Shown here: positions 17,917-28,010 of the stretch, piece after piece
Position numbering within the stretch: the stretch's first letter is position 1
How the letters are laid out: each line of letters starts with the position of its first letter
From: Parcubacteria group bacterium GW2011_GWA1_56_13
GTDB taxonomy: Bacteria; Patescibacteriota; Minisyncoccia; Phycocordibacterales; Phycocordibacteraceae
Assembly (NCBI GenBank): GCA_001004905.1
Contig: LCRY01000004.1
Span: 1 to 47,759 of the forward strand
Reading direction: 5' to 3'
Length of the DNA stretch: 47,759 nt
Program-made: the position numbers and the translations under genes
The notes under the pieces: generated by a model
Database searches by the model: none
What the model was told of the DNA's origin: nothing
The model's input: only the letters and a program-made list of their open reading frames with translations

Positions 17917-18975
17917 CTAGGTGCGCGCCTCTCGGCGTTTGCGCTTGTCAAAATCCGTTATGAATTCAAGCACCACTGCAGCGACCGGTACCGAGAGGAG
18001 CACGCCAAGAAATCCGGCAAGCGTGTATCCCGCGATGAGCGCCACGATGACGAGAAGGGGCGGAATGCCGACTATTTTCTTCACGATGAGCGGATAGATG
18101 AGGTTCGACTCAAACTGATTCACCACCACATACAGTCCGAACACGATGGCGCCAAGCGCGACGCCTCCATTCGAGAAGGCGACGATGACCGCAACCGTTC
18201 CGGCGAGAAGTGAGCCGAAAATAGGAATGATCTCTGCGAGCGCAGTGAAGACGGAGAGAAGAAGCGCATACGGTATGCCGATGATAAGGAGACCGAGATA
18301 GACGAGTATGCCGACGATGACCGAAAGCAGTATCTGTCCCTGCATCCAGAGGCCTATTTTTTTCTGCGCGCGTTTCCAGAGGTCCACGGAATATTCCTCA
18401 TAGGCTACCGGCATCACCATGCGCAGGAAATCATCCACGCCCGTGTCCTGCAGCGCGAAATAGAAGGAAAGCACAATGACGAGCGCGAGTGAGAAAATGC
18501 CGCCGAAGAACGTAATGAAGAGCTGCAGCACGCCTCCGGAGGTCGCCGAAAAAACGGACTGAAGTGAAAGAAGGGTCTCCACGAATGACGAGTGCGCCCC
18601 TTGGGCGCCGCCGATGAGACCGGAGGTATTCGTGATGTTTGAAAAAGGAGCTGTTGCATTCAATGTGTCGAGATACCGCGGCGCCGCGGAGAGGAAGTTC
18701 GCCGCGTCAGCAACGATCGGCGGAAAGAAGAAATAGAATACGGAAAAGACCGTGCCAAACACGAGGACATAGACAAACAGCGCGGCAATGAAGCGCGGCA
18801 TGCGGTAGCGGATGAAGAACGCGACTCCGGGCTCTATCGCCGAAGCTATAACGATGGCGGTCAAGATAAGGAGCGCCAGGTCCCGCAGGAGCCAGAAGAG
18901 GTAGACCCCGGCGATGATGAGCAGCGCGGTGACGAGTGTGCCGGTTGTGATGGAAATCCGAGTTTCCTTACCCAT
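17917..18975 (-). CDS. AI-2E family transporter (PerM/UPF0118)
   Basis: 352 aa with about 8 TM helices. The layout and conserved segments (LLILTAIVIASAIEP..., IPIFGSLLAG) are typical of the family. Confidence 0.8.
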   Translation of the reverse strand: MGKETRISITTGTLVTALLIIAGVYLFWLLRDLALLILTAIVIASAIEPGVAFFIRYRMPRFIAALFVYVLVFGTVFSVFYFFFPPIVADAANFLSAAPRYLDTLNATAPFSNITNTSGLIGGAQGAHSSFVETLLSLQSVFSATSGGVLQLFITFFGGIFSLALVIVLSFYFALQDTGVDDFLRMVMPVAYEEYSVDLWKRAQKKIGLWMQGQILLSVIVGILVYLGLLIIGIPYALLLSVFTALAEIIPIFGSLLAGTVAVIVAFSNGGVALGAIVFGLYVVVNQFESNLIYPLIVKKIVGIPPLLVIVALIAGYTLAGFLGVLLSVPVAAVVLEFITDFDKRKRREART

Positions 18976-19064
18976 AGGGGCATCCTAGCATAAAACAAAA
19001 GCGGCGCTTGCTCGGAAGCGACGCATCATCAAAGTTGCCGGTTTTATAGTTGTGGATACGGGGT

Positions 19065-19520
19065 CTAGATCCTGCGAACGGCCAAGAAGCGAATGTCGGC
19101 AGGCCAGTCATTGTCGCACCAGCCGAGAGCGACCACTCGTTCGAAAGAGCTCCCATGGAGGACCGGCGCATAGTTTTTGCTGTTTGTGTTTACTATGGAC
19201 CCAAGCCCCACGATGGAAAATTTCCTTTGCTCATTCGGGAAAGCGGCTCCGTGCGAGAACAGGTGCTCGACCCTGGCCGGCGACCAGAAGCCGATCCCGT
19301 TCCCGTGCGCGATCCATTCCACAACGCTCTGTGTAGACATACGGCCTTCAAAGGAAAAATAACGGGCTTCAAATTCAACGCGTCCTTTGCCCTCCAAAGG
19401 AAACAGTCGCGGAGGGAAGTCACCGAATTTCAGGTCGTAGTGACCGGCCATGAGCATCATTTGGAGCGATTGTTCGTAATCGACCCAAAGGTGCCATGTA
19501 TCGGGCATATTTCTTTCCAT
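19065..19520 (-). CDS. Hypothetical cytoplasmic protein with no recognisable family
   Basis: The ATG at 19520 is preceded by AAGGGGactgaa (Shine-Dalgarno). The 151-aa product is Trp/His-rich and begins MERNMPDTWHLWVDYEQS. The gene is co-directional with its neighbours. Confidence 0.6.
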   Translation of the reverse strand: MERNMPDTWHLWVDYEQSLQMMLMAGHYDLKFGDFPPRLFPLEGKGRVEFEARYFSFEGRMSTQSVVEWIAHGNGIGFWSPARVEHLFSHGAAFPNEQRKFSIVGLGSIVNTNSKNYAPVLHGSSFERVVALGWCDNDWPADIRFLAVRRI

Positions 19521-19632
19521 TTCAGTCCCCTTGTGGCTCCCCCTTACGGGTCGGCAAAGATACAAATAGACCTTATTTGCAAGGTACAACGGCTCCTCCG
19601 GTAACTATACAGGACAATAAGCTTGTCAATAT

Positions 19633-20973
19633 CTACTGAATTGCAGAGCGGATACGGTCGGCGACTTCGGGGACGGTGAGACGTTCTTGTTCGCCGGTGT
19701 CGCGATGGCGGAGCGTGACCGTGTCCTTCAGTTCCGGTTTCTCTCCCAACGTATCGAAATCAATCGTGACGCAGAACGGTGTGCCTATCTCATCCTGGCG
19801 GCGATAGCGTTTGCCGATATTTCCGTTGTCGTCCCACGCGATAGCAGGATGCACCTTTCGAAGTTCTGCACGCACCTCGCGCGCCTTCGCGACGAGTTCC
19901 GGCTTGTTCTTCAACAGCGGGGAGACCATTGCCTTCACGGGTGCGATGCGCGGCGCAAGTGCGAGATAGGTGCGCGTTTCGCCGCCCATATCGTCCTCGT
20001 GATAGGCGCTTGCGAGGATAGCAAGAATAGTTCGATCGACACCGAGAGAGGGCTCTATGACATGCGGAATATATTTTTCTTTTGTCTCCTCATCGAGATA
20101 TGCGAGTTCGGTATTAGACGCACCGGAGTGAGCGGAAAGGTCGAAATCAGTGCGATATGCGAGGCCCCAGAGCTCTTTCCTCCCGAACGGATACTCGAAT
20201 TCAAAGTCGATAGTGCGCTTGCTGTAATGTGCGCGTTCGGCATCCGGGACCTCGAGCTCGTGGATGGAACCACTCGGCAGGCCGACCGCTTCCGCAAAGA
20301 GATGCATTATTTTCCGCCATTCCTCAAACGCCAGCTCCCACTCGGAGGGCCCGACGAAATACTCCACTTCCATTTGCTCAAGCTCGCGCAGGCGGAAAAT
20401 GAAATCGCGAGGCGCTATCTCATTGCGGAACGCCTTTCCTATCTGCGCGATGCCGAACGGCAGTTTCGGATGCAGGGAATCGACGACGTTCTTAAAATTG
20501 GTGAATATGCCGCCAGCTGTCTCGGGGCGCAAGTATACGATTGCCGTCTCGTTTTCTGTTGCGCCCGCGTGCGTCTTGAACATCATATTGAACGGCCGCA
20601 CCTTTAATGGCATGGGTCCGTGACCGCATTCAGGACATGCCCAAGAAGAATCCGCGGGAGCACCCAGATGATCGGCGCGAAAGCGCTTCTTGCAGTCCTC
20701 GCACTCCACAAGCGGATCGGAGAATCCAGCAACGTGCCCCGATGCCTCCCATACTTTCGGATTCATCAGGATGGCAGCATCTACGCCGTACATATCATCG
20801 CGTTCGTCGCGGAACATGCGCAACCAAAGACGCTCCACGTTCTCTTTCAACACGACCCCGAGAGGGCCGTAATCGTACGTTCCGGCTAATCCGCCGTAGA
20901 TCTCGGAGCCCGGAAAGACAAAGCCACGCCGTTTGCAGAGGGACACTATTTTCTCCATAAGGTCGGTGGTCAT
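19633..20973 (-). CDS. glyQS: Glycyl-tRNA synthetase, class II alpha2 type
   Basis: 446 aa. The N-terminus reads IVSLCKRRGFVFPGSEIYGGLAGTYDYGPLGVVLKEN. Class II motifs and an anticodon-binding C-terminus are present. Confidence 0.94.
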   Translation of the reverse strand: MTTDLMEKIVSLCKRRGFVFPGSEIYGGLAGTYDYGPLGVVLKENVERLWLRMFRDERDDMYGVDAAILMNPKVWEASGHVAGFSDPLVECEDCKKRFRADHLGAPADSSWACPECGHGPMPLKVRPFNMMFKTHAGATENETAIVYLRPETAGGIFTNFKNVVDSLHPKLPFGIAQIGKAFRNEIAPRDFIFRLRELEQMEVEYFVGPSEWELAFEEWRKIMHLFAEAVGLPSGSIHELEVPDAERAHYSKRTIDFEFEYPFGRKELWGLAYRTDFDLSAHSGASNTELAYLDEETKEKYIPHVIEPSLGVDRTILAILASAYHEDDMGGETRTYLALAPRIAPVKAMVSPLLKNKPELVAKAREVRAELRKVHPAIAWDDNGNIGKRYRRQDEIGTPFCVTIDFDTLGEKPELKDTVTLRHRDTGEQERLTVPEVADRIRSAIQ

Positions 20974-21087
20974 ATGTGGTAGCGGCGTCCTGCCCCGTAG
21001 CCAACCGAGTGGAACGAGGTTGTGGTACTGGGGTTCGCGAGTGAGACGATCTTTTCCATCAGGGTTTGCTCGGCCATAAAAGAGAAA

Positions 21088-22971
21088 TTATTGCACGGCC
21101 GCATTCGTTGGGCTATACCCCGAATCCTGCGGGGTGTCGGTCGTCACCGGGTCGGCGGTCGCCGAGATCTGCACGCCGGCAAAGCGGTCATAACCCTTAA
21201 ATGACGCGACGCCGGTCAACTGCGGCGCGCTCCCCTTCTGCGAGTCAGAAGGAGTGAGCGAGACCTGGAAGGCGCCCTGCCCCGTTGCACCCTGCGCGAG
21301 ATCGCCAATGCTCCAGGAAACGGTGCGCGAAGCGTCATCATAAGAGAACGTGCCCACGCCGGAGGTCCTTCCGGTATAGGAAACGTAACTCGGCAGCGTC
21401 GCGCTCACCAGACCGCCCGCCACGGCGTTCCCTCTGCTCGACACATTCCATTGAACCGTATAGGTCGTCGCTTGGTCAGCGCGTGGAGGGATGGGGCCGC
21501 TGTTACTCAGAGGCCCCGAGGAGTGGAGCGCGGAGGCCGAGAGTGCTATCGCGGTTGCGACCTTCATCGTCTTCGTTTCGACCGCGCTTATCTCCTCAGG
21601 CACGTTCGTCTGCCCCACGCGCGTGCCGGACACGGAAATCGTAAAGGTCGCGCTCGGCGCCGCGATAAGAGCGTTCGCTGGAACGGTCGAGAAAGTAAAC
21701 GCGCCTATGCCGGAAGCGCCGGGGGCGAGCGCCGCGAGAGAGGAATCGGTGTCGCTGTTGAAGACGACCGTGTGATCGCTCGAGCGATAGAAGCCGTTCG
21801 TAGTCCGGATGCTGCCGTAATCAACGGCGGAACCCTTGATCGCGATGGCGACCGCCGCATTCGTAACGCTCGTAGAGAGCGTGTTGGTATAGGAAACCGT
21901 GACGCTCTGGATACTCCCGGGGCTTACGACGGGATTCGGCCTCGCATCTCCGTTCAACGCGAGAGTTGTCGTGATGAACGGGGCGGTGATCGTCACGGAT
22001 ACATCCTGTGTCATGTACGCAACGGCGGGTGTTTGGTCGCTCTCCGATTTTGCCGTGCCGATGGTGAAATGGAACACGCGCTGCTCGCTGTTCTGCCCCG
22101 TAAGCGTACCTGTAAGCGTCACTGTTTTGCTGGCGCCCGGTTGCAACGTGCCAAGAACAAAATTCGGGCCGTTCATGGGTTCCGAAGAGCTGGTTACCGA
22201 GAAACCGAAAGGAAAAACGCCGGCAAGAATGACGTTGTCGAGCGGCACATTCGCGTTTGAACGAGCGACCAATGTGAGCGTGAGCGGTTTCCCAGACACG
22301 GTCTCGCTTGTCGTATCAACCGACACCGACAGCGGTGACGAGGAGACCGCGAGCGCATATGAAGATTTTTTCAGGAAGACGGTGGAAGAATTGCCTGTGC
22401 CGTACGAAAAAGATACGGGCAGCGCGAGCGCCTGCCCCGCTCCCCCGAAGACGATGGCCTTTATCGAACGTGTTACCGTTGCGCCGCTTCCAAGTTCTCC
22501 GAGGTTCTCGGAGTGGCGCGGATACGGACTTAAAGAACCATCAGCGCTCAATGTTCCGTCCGGAAAGTCGATCTCCACGGTCGCATTCTTGATGGGGACG
22601 GGATTCCGGTTGGTTATGGTGAGCGACAGTGGGACGATATCGCCGCCGGCGATGGTTGTCGGGCCCTGGATGGAAACGGTGATCTTATCGACCGAGACCG
22701 AATTACCGCCGAAGTAAAAGAAATAGCCGGCGGCAAGAAGCGAGATGAGAAAGAATGTGAATGCGACCACGAAAAAAACACCGGCGAGGCGCACGTGCCG
22801 CTTCTCGCGGTACGGAATGCTTTGAAGCGGACGCGTCTCCCATGCGTGTGGCAGAGAGGAGTGGTCGGAAGCCGAAAGCGGGGAGCGCGTATGGGAGCCG
22901 GCGTCGGGCTCGTAGAGCCGTTCACGCGCTTTCTCAAGCGAACCAATATCGTCGTCAGAACGCGGTGGCAT
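21088..22971 (-). CDS. Large membrane-anchored surface protein with repeated beta-sandwich-like modules
   Basis: 627 aa. It has a cytoplasmic N-terminus, one TM helix (LAGVFFVVAFTFFLISLLAAGYFFYF) and about 520 aa of S/T/V/G-rich repeats of the type (KP)LTLTL...NVPL. Confidence 0.75.
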   Translation of the reverse strand: MPPRSDDDIGSLEKARERLYEPDAGSHTRSPLSASDHSSLPHAWETRPLQSIPYREKRHVRLAGVFFVVAFTFFLISLLAAGYFFYFGGNSVSVDKITVSIQGPTTIAGGDIVPLSLTITNRNPVPIKNATVEIDFPDGTLSADGSLSPYPRHSENLGELGSGATVTRSIKAIVFGGAGQALALPVSFSYGTGNSSTVFLKKSSYALAVSSSPLSVSVDTTSETVSGKPLTLTLVARSNANVPLDNVILAGVFPFGFSVTSSSEPMNGPNFVLGTLQPGASKTVTLTGTLTGQNSEQRVFHFTIGTAKSESDQTPAVAYMTQDVSVTITAPFITTTLALNGDARPNPVVSPGSIQSVTVSYTNTLSTSVTNAAVAIAIKGSAVDYGSIRTTNGFYRSSDHTVVFNSDTDSSLAALAPGASGIGAFTFSTVPANALIAAPSATFTISVSGTRVGQTNVPEEISAVETKTMKVATAIALSASALHSSGPLSNSGPIPPRADQATTYTVQWNVSSRGNAVAGGLVSATLPSYVSYTGRTSGVGTFSYDDASRTVSWSIGDLAQGATGQGAFQVSLTPSDSQKGSAPQLTGVASFKGYDRFAGVQISATADPVTTDTPQDSGYSPTNAAVQ

Positions 22972-23008
22972 CGGACGTAGTATACCTTAGACGCTTGCAC
23001 GGGCGAGG

Positions 23009-23578
23009 TCAAAGCCCCGACGCGGTGATGCCGTGATTGATGCGGCGTATGTAGCGCGAGCGATGCTTCATGACCTCGGCGACAAGTTCGGGCGTAAAGA
23101 CGGCTGCCCCGTTCACGACCCTTTCTGCATCAAATCCGAGTGCGGCAAGAATATAGAGCACAACAAGCACCTCGAGGGCGTCATGGACGTCCTCGGGAAG
23201 AGTGGCGAGCGCTTCAAAAAATCCTTTCATGATGGAAAACAGCGCCGGTTCCTGCACTTCTCCCGCAACGAGTCGCAGGAGGAGACCGCATGCGCGGGCC
23301 GCTTTCACTCGCGGACCGGCGCCCTGAATGCGCGAAAACCAATTTTCTTCGAGGACCGCTCCGGCAATTCTCCAGTGTTCTTTCCCCCGCAGGAGCACGA
23401 TCTCGCTTTCGGCGAATGTCGCAAGGGCGGCGGCGAGTTTTGCGCCGGGACGGCGTAATCCCTGCGCTCGCGCCCGCACGAGTCCCAAATCCGGCGTGAG
23501 CAAGGTGACGAACGTGTTTGCCTCTCCCAGGGGCGAGCGGGAGAGCACGATGCCACGAGTTTCGTATTTATGCCTCAT
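23009..23578 (-). CDS. recO: DNA repair protein RecO
   Basis: The ORF runs from M50 of the track ORF and begins MRHKYETRGIVLSRSPLGEANTFVTLLTPDLGLVRARAQGLRRP, an OB-fold N-terminus typical of RecO. It overlaps the ileS stop by 11 nt. Confidence 0.85.
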   Translation of the reverse strand: MRHKYETRGIVLSRSPLGEANTFVTLLTPDLGLVRARAQGLRRPGAKLAAALATFAESEIVLLRGKEHWRIAGAVLEENWFSRIQGAGPRVKAARACGLLLRLVAGEVQEPALFSIMKGFFEALATLPEDVHDALEVLVVLYILAALGFDAERVVNGAAVFTPELVAEVMKHRSRYIRRINHGITASGL

Positions 23579-26411
23579 GACGGAGAAGATCGAACCCCAC
23601 CGTGCCGGTTGAAAGCGTCGCGGAATACTTGCCCCCTGCCCGAGTCTCGATCCGCACCCTGTCTTTCGGAGACAGTCCTTCCTGCTTGCGCGCCTCGGCG
23701 ACCGCCCGTGCCATCTCACGTTCATCGCCTTCTTTTATAAGCTCGGGTGTGAGGTTCGTATCGAGCGAAAGCTCCTCTCCCGCTGCAATTCTTTTTACAT
23801 TCACCTCGTCCGCAAGGATGGCGGCAAGTTCCTCCGAAAGTTCCCCGGGCATGGTGAGCGTCGAAAGCGGCTGACGGACTTTCACCCCCGCCTTCTGGCG
23901 TAGCTGGAGCGCCTCTGATGCAAGCGTACGGATGTTCTGCATTTCTGAAATCAATTTCTTGTCAGGGTCCCCGAAAAGATTCCACCCCTTCTTTACCTCC
24001 GGCCAATCGACGAGATGTACGCTCCCTGAGTCATTGGTTTCGCGTACGCCTTGGAAAAGTTCCTCCGCAATAAACGGCATGGCAGGAGCAATAACGGTTG
24101 AGAGCGTGCAGAGCACATACCGGAGTGTTGCAAGTGCGTCTTTCTTATCCCCTCCACTCTCTTTAAATCGGTCACGCGAGCGCCGCACATACCACGCCGA
24201 GAGGTCGTCAATAAATAGCGGGAGTGGTCGGACAGCACTGTCAAGTTTGTAGTGTTCGTACCCCTTGGTTGTTTCGTTAACAAGCTCTTTAAGACGCGCG
24301 AGTATCCAACGGTCGAGTACATTGGTGCTTCTATTTCCACGGACCGTATCGTCCTCATAAAGCTTGTAGAAGTTGAGAACGTTGGTGAGCCGGCCGATAT
24401 TTTTCTTTGCGACATCATCAACCCCGCTTTCGGAAAAGGCGAGATTCTCCGCCTGCATGACCGGCGACGAGAGCAGGTAAAAGCGGAGCGCGTCCGCGCC
24501 GTATTTCTCCACGATCTCCATCGGGTCGGGGTAATTCTGAAGTCGTTTGGACATTTTTTTCCCGTCTTCCGCGAGCACGATGCCGTTGACAATGACGTTT
24601 TGGAAGGCGTTTTTCTTGAATAAGGCGCCAGCGAGCACGTGCAGGTAATAGAACCAGGCGCGCGTCTGGTCCATGCCCTCGGCGATGAACTGTGCCGGAA
24701 ATGCCGCGTCAAATCGCTCCTTATGCTCAAATGGATAATGCTTTTCTCCGTACGGCATCGAGCCGGAATCGAACCAGGTATCGAGAACGTCCGGAATGCG
24801 ACGCATGTGTCCCCCACAGAGACAGGGAATCGTTATGTCATCCACGATGTGCTTATGCAGATCGGTTATCTTTTTTCCGCTGGCGGTCTCCAGATCCGCG
24901 ATATTGCCGAACACGCGTATCTTTTTGCAGGCCTCACAGCGCCAGATGGGTATGACGCTCGCCCAGAAGCGCTGGCGAGAAATGGACCAATCGCGCGCAC
25001 CGAGAAGCCATTTGCCGAATCTTCCTTCTTTGATATGCGCGGGCGACCAGTTGATACGTTTGGCATTCGAGAGCAGATTGCCTTTGAGTTTGGTGACCGA
25101 GACGAACCACGATGAGGTCGCATAATTGAGAAGTGGCGTCTCGCAGCGCCAGCAGTGCGGATAGGGATGGACAACATTCTCCTTCGCAAATAGTGTTCCG
25201 TGTTCTTGCAGATATTTCAGCACCGCGATGTCGGTGGAAAGCCTCTGCGAATCATCATCGGAACGAGGTTTTACTTCCATTCCCGCAAAATCACGCACTT
25301 CCGGCTTGAAGGTGCCGTCCATGTTTACGTGCTGCACGAACGGCAGGTCCTCTTTCTTCAGAAGTTCCCAGTCGTCGGCGCCGAAGGCGGGCGCTTCGTG
25401 CGCGATGCCCGTGCCCTCCTTTTCCGTCACGAAATCCGCCGCGTAGACCTTCCACCCATTCTCGCGGTTCTTAAGGTCTTTGTCGTTCACGTAGTAATCG
25501 AACGGCGGTTCGTATTTGAGACCGACTAAATCTCGACCCGTAAGCGTACCGGTAACTTTCGTCTTTACCGAATCTATATTCTCTTGAAAATTCTTATGAT
25601 CTTGTTTTGAATAAACGTACGTGCCATCAGTGACGCCGGGGAAATCTCTTATTTCAGTCTTTACATACTCGATATCCTTTCCGACCGCGAGCGCGACGTT
25701 CCCGGGCAGGGTCCATGGCGTCGTCGTCCAGGCGAGCAGGTATACATCGCCAGAAAGACCTATCTTCTCCGGATTCTTCAATTTAAATTTCACAGTGACC
25801 GCGATGTCCTTCACGTCCTTGTACCCTTCCGCGACTTCCTGCTGGGAGAGCGTCGTCTCACAGCGCGGACAAATGTGCATCGAGTGGTAATCCTCGTACA
25901 CGAGTCCCTTGTCATAGATTTGCTTGAATACCCACCACACCGATTCCATGAACGGTGTGTTCATCGTGAGGTAGGCATTCTCCATATCCGCCCAGCGGCC
26001 AATCCTCGGGATAATCTTCTTCCACTCGTTCACATAGGTGAGCACCCGTTCACGGCAGCGTTCATTAAACCTGGCGACGCCGTACTGCTTAATATCCTTT
26101 TTATGCTTAAAGCCGAGCTCTTTTTCTACGATGTTCTCTAGCGGTAGGCCGTGACAATCCCAGCCCCAGACACGCGGGACATGGTAGCCGCGCATCGTGA
26201 AGTAGCGCGGTATGACGTCCTTGATGACGCTCGCGACGATGTGGCCATAGTGCGGAAGTCCGGTCGCAAACGGGGGTCCGTCATAAAAAACAAATTCGCC
26301 CTTGGGGGATTTCTTGGCAAGTGACTTCTCGAAGATGCGCTCGCGCTCCCAAAAAGCGAGTATCTCTTCCTCACGCCTCGCCGCTTCAGACTTTTCGGAC
26401 ATATCGGGCAT
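23568..26411 (-). CDS. ileS: Isoleucyl-tRNA synthetase
   Basis: 947 aa with HIGH (PHYGHIV), GWDCHGLP, KMSKS (KMSKRL) and a CP1 editing insertion. Confidence 0.96.
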   Translation of the reverse strand: MPDMSEKSEAARREEEILAFWERERIFEKSLAKKSPKGEFVFYDGPPFATGLPHYGHIVASVIKDVIPRYFTMRGYHVPRVWGWDCHGLPLENIVEKELGFKHKKDIKQYGVARFNERCRERVLTYVNEWKKIIPRIGRWADMENAYLTMNTPFMESVWWVFKQIYDKGLVYEDYHSMHICPRCETTLSQQEVAEGYKDVKDIAVTVKFKLKNPEKIGLSGDVYLLAWTTTPWTLPGNVALAVGKDIEYVKTEIRDFPGVTDGTYVYSKQDHKNFQENIDSVKTKVTGTLTGRDLVGLKYEPPFDYYVNDKDLKNRENGWKVYAADFVTEKEGTGIAHEAPAFGADDWELLKKEDLPFVQHVNMDGTFKPEVRDFAGMEVKPRSDDDSQRLSTDIAVLKYLQEHGTLFAKENVVHPYPHCWRCETPLLNYATSSWFVSVTKLKGNLLSNAKRINWSPAHIKEGRFGKWLLGARDWSISRQRFWASVIPIWRCEACKKIRVFGNIADLETASGKKITDLHKHIVDDITIPCLCGGHMRRIPDVLDTWFDSGSMPYGEKHYPFEHKERFDAAFPAQFIAEGMDQTRAWFYYLHVLAGALFKKNAFQNVIVNGIVLAEDGKKMSKRLQNYPDPMEIVEKYGADALRFYLLSSPVMQAENLAFSESGVDDVAKKNIGRLTNVLNFYKLYEDDTVRGNRSTNVLDRWILARLKELVNETTKGYEHYKLDSAVRPLPLFIDDLSAWYVRRSRDRFKESGGDKKDALATLRYVLCTLSTVIAPAMPFIAEELFQGVRETNDSGSVHLVDWPEVKKGWNLFGDPDKKLISEMQNIRTLASEALQLRQKAGVKVRQPLSTLTMPGELSEELAAILADEVNVKRIAAGEELSLDTNLTPELIKEGDEREMARAVAEARKQEGLSPKDRVRIETRAGGKYSATLSTGTVGFDLLRHEA

Positions 26412-26417
26412 AATACA

Positions 26418-28010
26418 TCACATCTTTTCGGGCGCAGGGATACCGAGGATGGTGAGACCGTTCGACATCGTCTGCGCAAAGGCGCGCGCGACCAGCAGTT
26501 TATGTGCCTCATGGTCGCCGCCGATAATGCGTTCTGTGGCATAAAAAGCGTTCCATGCGCCAGCGAGCTCGGTGAGATAGCTCGTGAGCAGGTTTGGCGC
26601 GAACGTGCGAGCCGCACGAGCCGCGACCCCAGGAAAATGCAGGAGGAGCCGTTCCAGCAGGTACGGCGTCGCCGGAGCGCCGGCGGCCGAGGCATCGTTC
26701 TGTTCCTTTGCTTGTGCAAGAACCGAACGTGCGCGCACGAGCGCGTATTGCAGATACGGCCCGGAATCCCCCTCGAGCGACAACGATTTCGCCGCATCGA
26801 ACAAGATGTCCGAGCCTGGCGCTTGCCGCAGGATCATATATTTGATCGCGCCAACGGCGACCTGTTCGGCAATGAGCGGATCGGCATTTTTCTCGCTTGC
26901 TTGTGCGATAACCTCACGGATGAACTCGGCGGCTGTGATGATGTTCCCTTCCCGCGAAGACATTTTCCCCGAGGCGCGTTTCAAAAAGCCGGTTGCGAGA
27001 TGCGTAGTTTTCGCCGCGAGCAGGGGAGCTATATCCGCAAGCGCAGCAAGCACCGTCTTGAAGCGTCCCAGCTGTTCGTTGCCCGTCACAATAACGGACA
27101 CATCCGACGGCCATCGTTCCTCCTTAAGGAATGCGAGCCCAAGGTCCTTTGCTTCGTAGGTTGGCGTGCCGTGAGAGGTGATGAACACCATCGTATGCAC
27201 GCCTTTTTTCTCGCCGTTGTAGATAATCGCGCCGTCGCTCTTCTCGAATATTCCTTTCGCAAGCCCGTCGTTCACGACGCGCATGCCTGTTTCGGTCGTA
27301 TCGCTGTCAAAGAATTCGAAATCGAAGCGGGTGCCGAGAATGCGCCAGAGGCGCCGAAATTCCTGCATTGAAAGCTCGCGGCCTTTGCGCCAGAGCTCCA
27401 TAAGCGCCCGATCCGTCCCGGCATACATCGCTTGGTTGAGAGCGTCTATTTCTTCTTTCGCTTTCGGATCGCTTTCGCATGCGCGGGCGCCTTCAGCATA
27501 CGCGCTGCCTATTTCTTCCGCCGTTTCCGGTTCGGTTATACCCCTTGTACGGAGCGCCCAAAGTGCCTTCGCCACATTCGGTCCGATGTCGCCGCCGAAC
27601 GTGTCCCGAGCAATGGTGGCACCGGAGTTTTCTATGAGCCGCGCCACGGCTTCGCCGACCACCGTACCAACCAGATGTCCTATATGCATTTCCTTGAACG
27701 CATTCGGATTGGAATATTCGACGATGATGCGTTTCCCCGCATTTGCCGTTCCCTTCCCCCACCCGTCTCCTTGCGCGCTTGCCTTGACGACCGCAATGGT
27801 GACGACCTCGCGCGAAAGCGTGATGTTGACGAAGCCCTTGCCCGCTACCTCTACTTTCTTCGCCGAGGCGCCGAGCTCGTCGCGGATGTCCCGTACCGTC
27901 TTCTCTGCGGACTCGGGCCCGACAAAGACGGAAAAATCGCCGAACGCGGGATTTGGGGGGCGGCGGATAACCGCTTCTTTTCCGACGGCCCTCTGTATCC
28001 GTTCTTCCAT
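26418..28010 (-). CDS. argS: Arginyl-tRNA synthetase
   Basis: 530 aa. It has SNPNAFKEMHIGHL (HIGH) and a C-terminal DALR anticodon-binding domain ending in M. Confidence 0.94.
   Translation of the reverse strand: MEERIQRAVGKEAVIRRPPNPAFGDFSVFVGPESAEKTVRDIRDELGASAKKVEVAGKGFVNITLSREVVTIAVVKASAQGDGWGKGTANAGKRIIVEYSNPNAFKEMHIGHLVGTVVGEAVARLIENSGATIARDTFGGDIGPNVAKALWALRTRGITEPETAEEIGSAYAEGARACESDPKAKEEIDALNQAMYAGTDRALMELWRKGRELSMQEFRRLWRILGTRFDFEFFDSDTTETGMRVVNDGLAKGIFEKSDGAIIYNGEKKGVHTMVFITSHGTPTYEAKDLGLAFLKEERWPSDVSVIVTGNEQLGRFKTVLAALADIAPLLAAKTTHLATGFLKRASGKMSSREGNIITAAEFIREVIAQASEKNADPLIAEQVAVGAIKYMILRQAPGSDILFDAAKSLSLEGDSGPYLQYALVRARSVLAQAKEQNDASAAGAPATPYLLERLLLHFPGVAARAARTFAPNLLTSYLTELAGAWNAFYATERIIGGDHEAHKLLVARAFAQTMSNGLTILGIPAPEKM

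Noticed and set aside
19050-19604. 184-aa plus-strand ORF overlapping the 19065-19520 gene
   Set aside because: Its translation is Arg/Pro-rich and shadow-like. The minus-strand frame has a Shine-Dalgarno sequence, natural composition and the same direction as the surrounding operon.
23579-23725. 49-aa N-terminal extension of recO, plus similar extensions of ssb (to 14674), metG (to 17951), ruvX (to 47748), the RluA-family gene (to 43403) and the pilN-like gene (to 45932)
   Set aside because: The extensions overlap upstream genes and lack homology to the families. Conserved N-termini begin at the internal starts I chose.
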